Assembly: GCA_035548315.1 (NCBI GenBank)
Contig: DASZTF010000058.1
Location: forward strand, 1 to 60,667
DNA from: Minisyncoccota bacterium
Lineage (GTDB): Bacteria > Patescibacteriota > Minisyncoccia > Phycocordibacterales > Phycocordibacteraceae
DNA: 60,667 bases
Direction of reading: 5' to 3'
Below the pieces are notes generated by a model, which worked only from the letters and a program-made list of their open reading frames with translations, searched no databases and was not told the origin of the DNA. The stretch's first letter is position 1, and every line of letters starts with the position of its first letter. This document shows positions 46,780 to 55,131 of this stretch, in pieces. A program made the translations under genes and the position numbers.

Positions 46780-47663
46780 TCCTTCTCGGGCTTGTGCTCG
46801 ACCAGCTTCCACGGCATGGGTTTGTCGTTCTCCACGTGGAATCCAGAACTGTTGGGGTGCCCGTTGCCGCCGTACTTCTGCGCGATCTTGGAGACGTCGA
46901 CGGTGCCATCGCCGCGGATGGAGACGCCGTAGCCCAAGGGATGTGCAGAGACCACGAGCGCGAACGGTCCCTGCTTCTTCACGAGCAAGTTCCCCACGAG
47001 CGATTTCATCGGTTTTATCGGGTGCGTGTTCGCGAAGTAGACTTCGTGGCCCTCGAATTCCACGAGCTTCGCGAGGTTCACGGAAATGTCCGCCATGAGC
47101 GCGAATTCCTCGGCGTAGATGCGCATGGTCTCGAGCATCTTCTCGCGGTCGGTCTGCAGGCGCTCCGCGACTTCATCCCACTTCTCGAATGAGAACGGAT
47201 GGACGGAAAGGTACGAGATCACCGCGCGTGTCTCGGGGAGCGCGAATCGGTACAGGTCGTCGTCTTCGACGTACTTAATGAGTTCCGGTTTCGGCGTGCC
47301 GGGGTGGAAGTAGTCCCACGCGATCGATGCGCCGGAGCGGTCTGCGTCGTACACGGTCCCGGGGTACTGCATCACGACCTCCTCCACGCCCTGGTGATGA
47401 TCGAGGATGGTGAACGTGCCGGCAGCCGCAGCGACCTGGTCGAGCCAGGGCTTCGGATACGAGAAGTCCACAAAGTAGACCGTCGCGCCTTTGATATTCT
47501 CGAGCATCTCGTCATCGAGGAAATTGCTAAATCCGAGCGGGATGTATTCCGCCGCGTCGCCGAACTTCTTCCACGCAGCGTACGCGCCACCGAACCCATC
47601 GGGGCAGTCGCCGTGGTAAAAGACATACGTTTTCGCCTCGTGCATTACATTGTTATAGCGCAT
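46776..47663 (-). CDS. DHH-family phosphoesterase
   Basis: 295 aa. Motifs HGDCPDGFGGA and ILDHHQG, and a GGNGHPNSSGF DHHA1-like motif. Confidence 0.75.
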   Translation of the reverse strand: MRYNNVMHEAKTYVFYHGDCPDGFGGAYAAWKKFGDAAEYIPLGFSNFLDDEMLENIKGATVYFVDFSYPKPWLDQVAAAAGTFTILDHHQGVEEVVMQYPGTVYDADRSGASIAWDYFHPGTPKPELIKYVEDDDLYRFALPETRAVISYLSVHPFSFEKWDEVAERLQTDREKMLETMRIYAEEFALMADISVNLAKLVEFEGHEVYFANTHPIKPMKSLVGNLLVKKQGPFALVVSAHPLGYGVSIRGDGTVDVSKIAQKYGGNGHPNSSGFHVENDKPMPWKLVEHKPEKE

Positions 47664-47691
47664 TTGGGCAGGCTATACTAGGCAGATTGCT
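47664..47691. promoter_or_regulatory. 28-nt divergent intergenic region with overlapping face-to-face -10 elements
   Basis: GGCTATACTAGGC reads TATACT on the plus strand (12 nt before ATG 47692). On the minus strand it reads TAGTAT/TATAGC (8-10 nt before ATG 47663). Confidence 0.45.
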
Positions 47692-49464
47692 ATGAAATCG
47701 ATCTGGCGGCACGACCCGCCGCTCACCAATAACCCGCTCAAGTTCTTCCTTTTCGTGAGCCGGCCCCACCGCAAGGCCGCGCTTTTCGCGACCCTCTTTG
47801 TGGTGCTTGCATCTATTTTGCGCGCGCTCATTCCGTACATATATAAAGTCATCATCGACACGGCCACCCACTTTACACCCGCGGCGTACACCACGCTCTG
47901 GGAGTCTGCAGCTGCATACATTCTCATCACCCTCGGCGGTAATCTGCTCTGGCGCGCGAGCGGCTTTACCGGACTCATGTGGGGCACAGGCGTGCGTGCC
48001 ACTGCCCGCGAGACGCTTTCCTCTTACGCTGTCCACCACAGCCATCAGTACTTCTCTGATCGCTTCGCCGGCTCGATCTCAAGCAAGATCAAGCAGGCTG
48101 GCGACAGCATGCGCGAGTTTGTGGAGGCGTACCTCTGGCAGTTCCTCTCGTTCGTGGTCTCCGTGATCGCGAGCTTCATCGTGGTGTTTCTCGCCAATCC
48201 ATTCCTCGGGTTCATCCTCATGGGTCTCTTTGTGGTCATCACGCCGCTCAATATCTACTTTGCCCGCAATCGCGTCCCGATCTCAAGCGCCACACAGAGC
48301 GCCGAGACTGAGCTCACCGGTGTCACGGTGGACATGCTCACGAACATCTCCGCCGTGCACGAATATGCACAATCGCGCTTCGAGATCGACCGGCTGCGCG
48401 AATACATTTTGCGCCGCCGCCGTTCGGGTATGCGCAACTGGCGCTACGGCGAGTGGACGCTTGTCGCGAATAATGTTGTCCAAGCAGTGTTCACGGGCGC
48501 GATGCTGCTCTGCGCCGTGTACCTGTTTACCCACCAGGCCATTTCAACTGGTGATATCATCCTGCTCCTCTCGATGATCGCACTCATCGAGGATCAGCTC
48601 ACGTTCATCGGAAGCCAATTCAATAGCTTTGCAGAGAATTGGGGGACGGTGGTGGAGAGTCTGAACGAGGTGCTCGTCCCGCATGGGGTAGCCGATGCGC
48701 AGCATGCCCGCGAAGCAGCCATCATGGAGGGATCGATCGTATTTGAAGAGGTGTCGTTTGGGTACGGTGGCGCAGAGGTCTTTAGCGACCTTTCGTTCAC
48801 GATCCCTGCGGGGCAGCGGGTCGGCGTCGTGGGGCGCAGCGGGGCAGGCAAGTCCACACTCACCAAGCTCCTCTTGCGTCATTACGATCTCACCGGTGGC
48901 AAGATCATCATCGATGGCCACGATATTGCGTCCATCACCAAGAACGCGCTGCGGCGCTCTATCGCTGTGGTGCCACAGGAGCCCGCGCTCTTCCATCGCA
49001 GCATTGCGGAGAACATAGCCTACAGCAAACCAGACAGCTCGCGTGAAGAAATCGTCCGGGTCGCGAAACTGGCGCAAGCGCACGACTTCATTGAGTCGCT
49101 GCCTCAGGGATACGACACACTCGTGGGTGAGCGCGGTATCAAACTGTCTGGAGGACAGCGCCAGCGTGTCGCGATTGCTCGCGCGCTCCTTAAAGACGCG
49201 CCCGTGCTTCTGCTCGACGAAGCCACGAGCGCGCTCGACAGCGAGAGCGAAGTCGCTGTGCAGCAGGCACTCATCAATCTCATGGAGAAGCGTACGGTAA
49301 TTGCTATCGCGCACCGACTCTCCACGCTGCGCGCCATGGATCGCATCATCGTGTTTGACGCAGGGAAGATTGTAGAAGACGGCACCCACGAACAGCTGGT
49401 CGCAAGGGGCGGTCTCTATGCAGACCTCTGGAGCCACCAGGCCGGTGGATTTCTTGAGGACTAA
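47692..49464 (+). CDS. ABC exporter, fused permease/ATPase (MsbA-like)
   Basis: 590 aa with 6 TM helices. Walker A GRSGAGKST, signature LSGGQRQR, Walker B LLLDEATSALD. Confidence 0.9.
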   Translation: MKSIWRHDPPLTNNPLKFFLFVSRPHRKAALFATLFVVLASILRALIPYIYKVIIDTATHFTPAAYTTLWESAAAYILITLGGNLLWRASGFTGLMWGTGVRATARETLSSYAVHHSHQYFSDRFAGSISSKIKQAGDSMREFVEAYLWQFLSFVVSVIASFIVVFLANPFLGFILMGLFVVITPLNIYFARNRVPISSATQSAETELTGVTVDMLTNISAVHEYAQSRFEIDRLREYILRRRRSGMRNWRYGEWTLVANNVVQAVFTGAMLLCAVYLFTHQAISTGDIILLLSMIALIEDQLTFIGSQFNSFAENWGTVVESLNEVLVPHGVADAQHAREAAIMEGSIVFEEVSFGYGGAEVFSDLSFTIPAGQRVGVVGRSGAGKSTLTKLLLRHYDLTGGKIIIDGHDIASITKNALRRSIAVVPQEPALFHRSIAENIAYSKPDSSREEIVRVAKLAQAHDFIESLPQGYDTLVGERGIKLSGGQRQRVAIARALLKDAPVLLLDEATSALDSESEVAVQQALINLMEKRTVIAIAHRLSTLRAMDRIIVFDAGKIVEDGTHEQLVARGGLYADLWSHQAGGFLED

Positions 49465-49471
49465 CGGGTAT

Positions 49472-49547
49472 TGGTGCGCGGTATAGGACTCGAACCTATG
49501 ACCCCATCCACGTCAAGGAAGTGCTCTACCAACTGAGCTAACCGCGC
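49472..49547 (-). tRNA. tRNA-Val (anticodon GAC), CCA encoded
   Basis: Minus strand: acceptor GCGCGGT/ACCGCGC, D-arm GCTCAGTTGGTAGAGC, anticodon loop TTGACGT, T-arm ATAGG-TTCGAGT-CCTAT, then A-CCA. Confidence 0.9.
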
Positions 49548-49617
49548 GTTGTTCGCAGTCTAGCAAAAACTCGGCAAAAGGGAATGCGTACCGGTCCATG
49601 AATTTGCGATAAGTCAA

Positions 49618-50262
49618 ATGGCGTGCTATTATGCGCATCTCATGGAAATACTCAAGGTCGAGCAGGTGGGCGTGGATACGGCGGCGGCACGGGCCGCTGC
49701 AGTCATTGCCGCTGGAGGCGTCGTCATCTATCCCACCGATACTCTCTACGGCATTGGGGTGAACGCCCTTGATCGCAGCGCACTCAAGCGTATGCGCTCG
49801 CTCAAAATGCGGGATGAAAAGAAGCCGGTCTCCATTATGGTCCCGAGCGTCGCTGCCATTTCTTGGCACGCCGACCTCACCCCGGTCGCGGGCGAGCTCG
49901 CGCACCGTTTCCTCCCGGGGAAGCTCACCCTGGTGGTGCCGGCAAAGGAGCACCTGCCCAAAGAAGTGACGCTGAACGACGCCATCGGCGTGCGCGTACC
50001 GGACGACGCCTTCAGTCAGACGCTCGCCGCGATGTCCGAATATCCGATCACAGCCACCTCAGCGAATATGGCTGGCGCATCCACGCCCGCGACCGTTCCG
50101 GAGATCATCATGCACTTCGGCCGCAACATCGCACTCATCGATCTCTTTGTGGACGACGGCCCGCGCGCGGGCGACACGCCTTCCACGGTGGTGGCCGACA
50201 TGGGCGGTGTACTGCGCGTGCTGCGCGAAGGCGCGCTCACGCGCGAGGCACTCGGTCTCTAA
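49618..50262 (+). CDS. tsaC: L-threonylcarbamoyladenylate synthase (YrdC/Sua5 family)
   Basis: 214 aa. YPTDTLYGIG and TSANMAG motifs. Confidence 0.85.
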   Translation: MACYYAHLMEILKVEQVGVDTAAARAAAVIAAGGVVIYPTDTLYGIGVNALDRSALKRMRSLKMRDEKKPVSIMVPSVAAISWHADLTPVAGELAHRFLPGKLTLVVPAKEHLPKEVTLNDAIGVRVPDDAFSQTLAAMSEYPITATSANMAGASTPATVPEIIMHFGRNIALIDLFVDDGPRAGDTPSTVVADMGGVLRVLREGALTREALGL

Positions 50263-50552
50263 TTTCCGTACATTTGCTTTCTTATTTCTTTTAGTTTTTC
50301 AATCCGCTCTGGATCAGTGATCTTAGTAAATCGAGGGAGCGTTATTCCGTCTTTGGTCACATCTTCCATAAACATCTCAAGCGGTCGTGCGAAGTGTTGA
50401 AGCTCTCCAAGGAATTCGCTGTCATAGAGGGGCCGATACAAAACGAGATACGACCCATCTTCCGTATTTCGAGCGACGCCGACCACCTCATATTCACCCT
50501 TAGCGGGGTCTCGCTTGTAGTGGTAGTAAAACCCATTTTCGGGGAGCTCCAT
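50259..50552 (-). CDS. DUF1653 domain-containing protein
   Basis: 97 aa. Motif YYHYKRDP...YEVVGVARNTEDGSYLVLYRPLY. Clearly lower GC than its neighbours. Confidence 0.65.
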   Translation of the reverse strand: MELPENGFYYHYKRDPAKGEYEVVGVARNTEDGSYLVLYRPLYDSEFLGELQHFARPLEMFMEDVTKDGITLPRFTKITDPERIEKLKEIRKQMYGN

Positions 50553-50561
50553 ATATCAAGT

Positions 50562-51182
50562 TTACCAACCTCCCTCGTCTCCATCCATCACGCGCCAGAG
50601 GTAGAGACTGGCGACGGTGCGGTGCGGGCTCCAGGCCTTCGCAAGCTTTTCCATTTTCTTTACATCGGGAAGTTTGCGTAGATTGAACACGCGCTGGAAG
50701 CCTTTCTGGATCGCGAGGTCGCCCGTGGGCAGCACATCGGGCCGGTAGAGCGTGAACATGAGGAACATGTCGGCCGTCCAGCGGCCGATGCCCTTCACGC
50801 GGATCAAGTGTTCGCGGATCTCTTCATCAGTCATCTTGGAGAACTTGTGCGGCTCGATGGTGCCGTCGGTAAAGCGCAGCGCGAGGTCCCGCAGGTATGA
50901 GCGCTTTTGTGGTGACACCCCTGCTTTCTTAAACTGCGCGTCGGTGACTTTCAGCACTTGTGCGGGTGTGGGGAACTTTCCGCCAGGGAAGAGCGCGAGA
51001 AACTTTTTAGTAATCGCAGCCGCAGCCTTACCGGAAATCTGCTGATAAATAATAGAGCGCACGAGCGATTGAAACGGCTCGGTGGGCCGGCTGCGCGGTT
51101 CGAGCTTTAACTTCAAAACCTTCCGCATCCGCGGATCCTTCTTCAAATGTCGGTGCGCTGCCTCCATCGCTTTCTTGTGCAT
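50562..51182 (-). CDS. DNA-3-methyladenine glycosylase II family (AlkA-like, HhH-GPD)
   Basis: 206 aa. HhH motif IKGIGRWTADMFLMF and catalytic-Asp context PTGDLAIQKG. Confidence 0.8.
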   Translation of the reverse strand: MHKKAMEAAHRHLKKDPRMRKVLKLKLEPRSRPTEPFQSLVRSIIYQQISGKAAAAITKKFLALFPGGKFPTPAQVLKVTDAQFKKAGVSPQKRSYLRDLALRFTDGTIEPHKFSKMTDEEIREHLIRVKGIGRWTADMFLMFTLYRPDVLPTGDLAIQKGFQRVFNLRKLPDVKKMEKLAKAWSPHRTVASLYLWRVMDGDEGGW

Positions 51183-51241
51183 AGTTGCTTTTCTTAATAA
51201 TCAGTGTATAACTCGAGCAGAACGAACCTAAGGAGTCAGTA

Positions 51242-51877
51242 ATGGGTATCATACTCAATCTGTTGGCCGATATGGCGCGCGGTTTTTACCGTAAACGGGA
51301 AGTCGCCTATTTGCGAGGAAAGATCACGTCACGTCACGAAGCCTGGATCGGTGAGCTCTTGAACGACATCGGCTGGAAAATTAAAGACACGAGTCCGAGT
51401 TTCTCTGCCATCCGGCAGTCCTATTGTCGCAGTGTGGGGTATGGAGATCTCGATATCGGAGCCAATGGTCAGAGAGCGTTCTGCAGCGAAGCCCCGATCA
51501 TCTTTTCGGTGTATCTCGGCGGGTTTCCGGCGTTCATGCTCGGCGGAGAATTTCGCGGTGATGTGTTTTGTATTCGGCAGCTGCAGGGGGCACTGGGAGT
51601 GGCGATCCCTCCGGAGCTAAAGCATTGGCCCCGACTTCTTGTCGAAGCTTGTATGGAGTCTGCCGAGCAGTATGGCATTCCAGAAATCCGCCTCTACCGA
51701 GCCCACCAGACGCTCTTCTATCGGATGCCAGTCTTTGAAGGGCCTCCGCAGGCAATCTCTGCCTACCGTCAGCGTATGCGCAGGCGCTACGACGGTACTG
51801 CCCGTCAGCTTGGCTTCACTATGAAGCGAGATTGGGGCGAGTGGAAGAATCCTGCCTATGAACGGCCTTCTGTATAA
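51242..51877 (+). CDS. Orphan hypothetical protein (211 aa)
   Basis: AAGGAG lies 7 nt upstream of the ATG, which is unusual here. Moderate GC. A possible GNAT-like Q-x-x-G-x-x-G stretch (IRQLQGALG) is not convincing. Confidence 0.55.
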   Translation: MGIILNLLADMARGFYRKREVAYLRGKITSRHEAWIGELLNDIGWKIKDTSPSFSAIRQSYCRSVGYGDLDIGANGQRAFCSEAPIIFSVYLGGFPAFMLGGEFRGDVFCIRQLQGALGVAIPPELKHWPRLLVEACMESAEQYGIPEIRLYRAHQTLFYRMPVFEGPPQAISAYRQRMRRRYDGTARQLGFTMKRDWGEWKNPAYERPSV

Positions 51878-51914
51878 GGGGGCCGTTCGCTTTTCCACAG
51901 TTAAACTTGTAATT

Positions 51915-51928
51915 AGAACGATTGTTCT
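51915..51928. promoter_or_regulatory. LexA operator (Cheo-type SOS box)
   Basis: AGAACGATTGTTCT matches the GAAC-N4-GTTC core. It lies between TTGTAA (51907-12) and TATACT (51931-36), immediately upstream of lexA. Confidence 0.7.
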
Positions 51929-51936
51929 AATATACT

Positions 51937-52518
51937 ATGGACATGGAACATGCCTCAAAAGACGCTGTGGAGAAGATCGCGCACTTCTACCGCAGTCAGC
52001 GGCGCATGCCTTCCTACAGCGAGCTGGAGCGCCTGTGGGGCTACAAGAGCAAGGGTGCCGTCTCTTATATGGTCGATAAACTGATCGACGAGGGCGTGCT
52101 TGGTAAAGACAAGACCGGCCGGCTCCTCCCGATGCGGTTGCTGGTAGGTACCAAATTACTCGGACTCGTGGAAGCCGGGTTCCCGACGCCCGCGCAGGAA
52201 GAGCAGCTCGATGAAATAAGCTTCGACGAATTCCTGACGCCCAACAAAGAAGCGAGCTACATATTGAAAGTGAAAGGCGACTCCATGATCGAGGCCGGGA
52301 TCCGCGAGGGTGACATGGTAATAGTGGAGCGCCGGCAGACCTACAAGCCCGGGCAGATCGTGATCGCTGCGGTGGACGGCGAGTACACGATGAAATACCT
52401 GCGGAAGTCCGGCGAGCGCTACTGGCTCGAGCCGGCGAACGAGCGCTTCAAGCCAATTTATCCCGAAGGGCACCTCGAGATCGAAGCGGTCGTTACTGCT
52501 GTGGTGCGCAAGTATTGA
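51937..52518 (+). CDS. lexA: LexA repressor (S24 peptidase)
   Basis: 193 aa with an N-terminal winged helix, an Ala-Gly cleavage site (VEAGFP), GDSM with the catalytic Ser, and a C-terminal Lys (VVRKY). Given the TATACT position, the start could be ATG 51943. Confidence 0.9.
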   Translation: MDMEHASKDAVEKIAHFYRSQRRMPSYSELERLWGYKSKGAVSYMVDKLIDEGVLGKDKTGRLLPMRLLVGTKLLGLVEAGFPTPAQEEQLDEISFDEFLTPNKEASYILKVKGDSMIEAGIREGDMVIVERRQTYKPGQIVIAAVDGEYTMKYLRKSGERYWLEPANERFKPIYPEGHLEIEAVVTAVVRKY

Positions 52519-52543
52519 ATCACCGCAGTAATCACCGCATTTT

Positions 52544-53815
52544 ATGATCCTCCACATCGACGGTGACTCATTCTTCGCCGCGTGCGAGGTCTCGCGCAAT
52601 CCGTGGCTGCGCGGCAAGCCGGTCGTGACAGGTGCCGAGCGCGGGATCGTGTCTGCGGCGACGTATGAAGCGAAGAAGCTCGGTATCCACCGCGCGATGC
52701 CGATCTTCCGCGTGAAGCGCGAGTATCCTCAGGTGATCGTGCTCCCCGGCGACTACGAGCTCTATGGCATGTACGCCACGCGGCTCTACGCGATCGCGCG
52801 CCGCTACGCGTCGCGCGTCGAGGAATACGGCATCGACGAATGCTTCGCCGATCTCGCGGGCCAGGACGTGGTGCTCGGTATGTCGTATGAAGATATTGCA
52901 CACAGGATTAAGCAGGACTTATCGACCGAACTCGCACTCACCTTCTCGCTCGGGCTGGCAGAGACGAAGGCGCTCGCCAAGCTCGGCTCCAAGTGGGGGA
53001 AGCCGAACGGCTTCACGGTGATACAGAAGGGCGAAGAAGCGCCGTTCCTTGCGGGGACCGCGGTAAAAGACGTGTGGGGCGTGGGTCGGGCGCTCTCGGT
53101 CTATTTTGAAGCGCAGAATATCTACACCGCGCTCGACTTCGTGAGCCGGGATCCACAGTGGATACGAGAGAAATACGCCAAGCCGACGGCAGAACTCCAG
53201 CGGGAGCTCGCGGGCGAGCGGTTGTGGAGCGTGCACGACGGCGCACCCGAAGCGCCGCACTCCATCCAGCGCACGCGCACGTTCACGCCGCCGGTGCGCG
53301 ACCGCGAGCTCCTGTGGTCGCACTTCTGCCGGAATGTAGAGGATGCGTGCGCCGCCGCACGCCGGGACGAACTCATCCCCGGACGTGCGTCCCTGTTCCT
53401 AAAGACACAAGAATTCCGCTACAGCGGGCAAGAAGTACTGTTCCGGCATCCGTCCGACATGCCCGCCGATGTGCTGCGTGCGGTCCGGCCCGCATTCGAG
53501 AAGCTCTTTGAATCCGCGAACAAGTATCGCGCGACCGGCATCACGCTCTACGGATTCCGCCGGGAGAGCGAACTCCAGCTCGATATGTGGAATGAGCGAG
53601 AGGCGTCTCGTAAGCGTGCGAAGGTGTTCGCTGCGGTGGACGCGCTCGAAGCGCGGTACGGCAGGGCAGTCGTGGAGCTCGCCGCCAGTATACCGGCGCG
53701 CGACGCGCGCCGGCAGGTGCGCAGTGTGCGCGACGCCGCGTACCGCGAGCGGTTCCGTATCCCCGGCACGGGTGCCAAGCACCTCCCGCTTCCGGTCTTG
53801 GGTACCACTTCATAA
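52544..53815 (+). CDS. dinB: Y-family DNA polymerase IV
   Basis: 423 aa. Motifs MILHIDGDSFFAACE and SRVEEYGIDECFADL. 25 nt downstream of lexA. Confidence 0.85.
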   Translation: MILHIDGDSFFAACEVSRNPWLRGKPVVTGAERGIVSAATYEAKKLGIHRAMPIFRVKREYPQVIVLPGDYELYGMYATRLYAIARRYASRVEEYGIDECFADLAGQDVVLGMSYEDIAHRIKQDLSTELALTFSLGLAETKALAKLGSKWGKPNGFTVIQKGEEAPFLAGTAVKDVWGVGRALSVYFEAQNIYTALDFVSRDPQWIREKYAKPTAELQRELAGERLWSVHDGAPEAPHSIQRTRTFTPPVRDRELLWSHFCRNVEDACAAARRDELIPGRASLFLKTQEFRYSGQEVLFRHPSDMPADVLRAVRPAFEKLFESANKYRATGITLYGFRRESELQLDMWNEREASRKRAKVFAAVDALEARYGRAVVELAASIPARDARRQVRSVRDAAYRERFRIPGTGAKHLPLPVLGTTS

Positions 53816-53852
53816 ACTCGCGCAATATAGAAAAGTGCGATACAAATGACGA

Positions 53853-54299
53853 GTGAAAAAGGCGGTGAAGAAGCGCGCGAAGCGCAAAGGAGTACCCATC
53901 CCGGACGGCATGACCGTCCGGCGCTCTTCTGCGGGGCTCGGCATGTTCGCGACGCGCCCGTATAAGAAAGGCGAGTTCGTGATCGAATATGTAGGCCGCG
54001 TGATTTCTAAAAAGGAAGAGGAGACGAGCCGCAGCAAGTATCTCTTCGAGGTCACGAAGAACAAGACCATCGACGGCAAGCCGTCGATCAATCCCGCGGG
54101 ATACCTCAACCACTCTTGCCACCCCAATTGCGAGGCGGATGTGAAAAAGGGCCGAGTGCTCATTACTGCCATCAAGCATGTAAGGGCGGGCGACGAGCTC
54201 ACTTGGGACTACGGCAAGGAATACGTGGGCGAGCACATCGCGCCTTACGGCTGCCGCTGCGTAAAGCACCGCCCCGAACTCCACAGAGTGAGGAAGTGA
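53853..54299 (+). CDS. SET-domain protein (putative lysine methyltransferase)
   Basis: 148 aa with a GTG start and a Lys-rich N-terminus. SET motifs GYLNHSCHPNC and GDELTWDYG. Confidence 0.75.
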   Translation: MKKAVKKRAKRKGVPIPDGMTVRRSSAGLGMFATRPYKKGEFVIEYVGRVISKKEEETSRSKYLFEVTKNKTIDGKPSINPAGYLNHSCHPNCEADVKKGRVLITAIKHVRAGDELTWDYGKEYVGEHIAPYGCRCVKHRPELHRVRK

Positions 54300-54305
54300 T
54301 ACCAT
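54300..54305 (+). promoter_or_regulatory. -10 hexamer TACCAT (TGn extended) 6 nt upstream of ATG 54312; leaderless-type promoter
   Basis: TGATACCAT-AGGGGC-ATG, overlapping the SET gene stop codon. Confidence 0.45.
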
Positions 54306-54311
54306 AGGGGC

Positions 54312-54791
54312 ATGGATGCCGATGCTGCAGGCAAGCGAGACGAAGCGCTTTCATTCCTTACGGGGCACAGCACCGGCGTGCTCGCGACGGTCTCGCGCGA
54401 GGGCGCAGCCCGAGCGCGTCTCGTGTACTACGCGTGCGACGATCAGTTCCAGATCTATTTCTTGACCTACGGCAATACGCGCAAGGCCGCGGACCTCGCT
54501 GCGCATCCGCATGCGGCATTCGTGATCGCGGAGACCGATGTGCCGCGTACGCTCCAGATCGAGGGACAGGTCACGGACCTTTCCGATATGGCAGGGGTCG
54601 ATCCTGCGCTCACGGACCTCCTCCATACGCTGCAGTCCAATACGAAGTTCGGCGCACCGCTCACGCGCTTTGACCCGAGCACGCTCAAGTTCTATCGCAT
54701 CACGCCGGACTGGGTGCGCTGGGGCAATTTCACCTTTGGTCGCGGCACGGATAACGTGTTCTCAGTGATCGATACGAAAAGCGACGACTAG
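54312..54791 (+). CDS. Pyridoxamine 5'-phosphate oxidase-family (split-barrel flavin-binding) protein
   Basis: 159 aa. GVLATVSREG...RLVYY...FLTYGNTRKAADL pattern. Confidence 0.65.
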   Translation: MDADAAGKRDEALSFLTGHSTGVLATVSREGAARARLVYYACDDQFQIYFLTYGNTRKAADLAAHPHAAFVIAETDVPRTLQIEGQVTDLSDMAGVDPALTDLLHTLQSNTKFGAPLTRFDPSTLKFYRITPDWVRWGNFTFGRGTDNVFSVIDTKSDD

Positions 54792-54800
54792 ACGGGACGA

Positions 54801-55094
54801 TTAGATAACAAACAGAATTGCGATCAATCCAAGCGCTCCGAATGTGAGAAGCGTCTTGAAGAAGTAGGTAATGGCCTCGCCTTTCTTCTGCTCAATGAGG
54901 AGCATCACTGGGCGGTAGAAGAAAAGAAAGCCCATCGTCGCAGCGGAGAACGTGAACAGCGATATCGCGGCCACGGAGCCCACGACGTTATCCGGCGTGT
55001 CGTGGTGGAGTCTCGCGATGTGGGTAATGAGGAGCACGAGCGCCCAGATATACGCAGCCGCACCAATACCATTGAGGTAGGGATTCCATTTCAT
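54801..55094 (-). CDS. Small membrane protein, hypothetical
   Basis: 97 aa with three TM helices. Confidence 0.5.
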   Translation of the reverse strand: MKWNPYLNGIGAAAYIWALVLLITHIARLHHDTPDNVVGSVAAISLFTFSAATMGFLFFYRPVMLLIEQKKGEAITYFFKTLLTFGALGLIAILFVI

Positions 55095-55131
55095 ATATGC
55101 ACTATAACTCTCTATCCCTGGTGGTAGTTAC

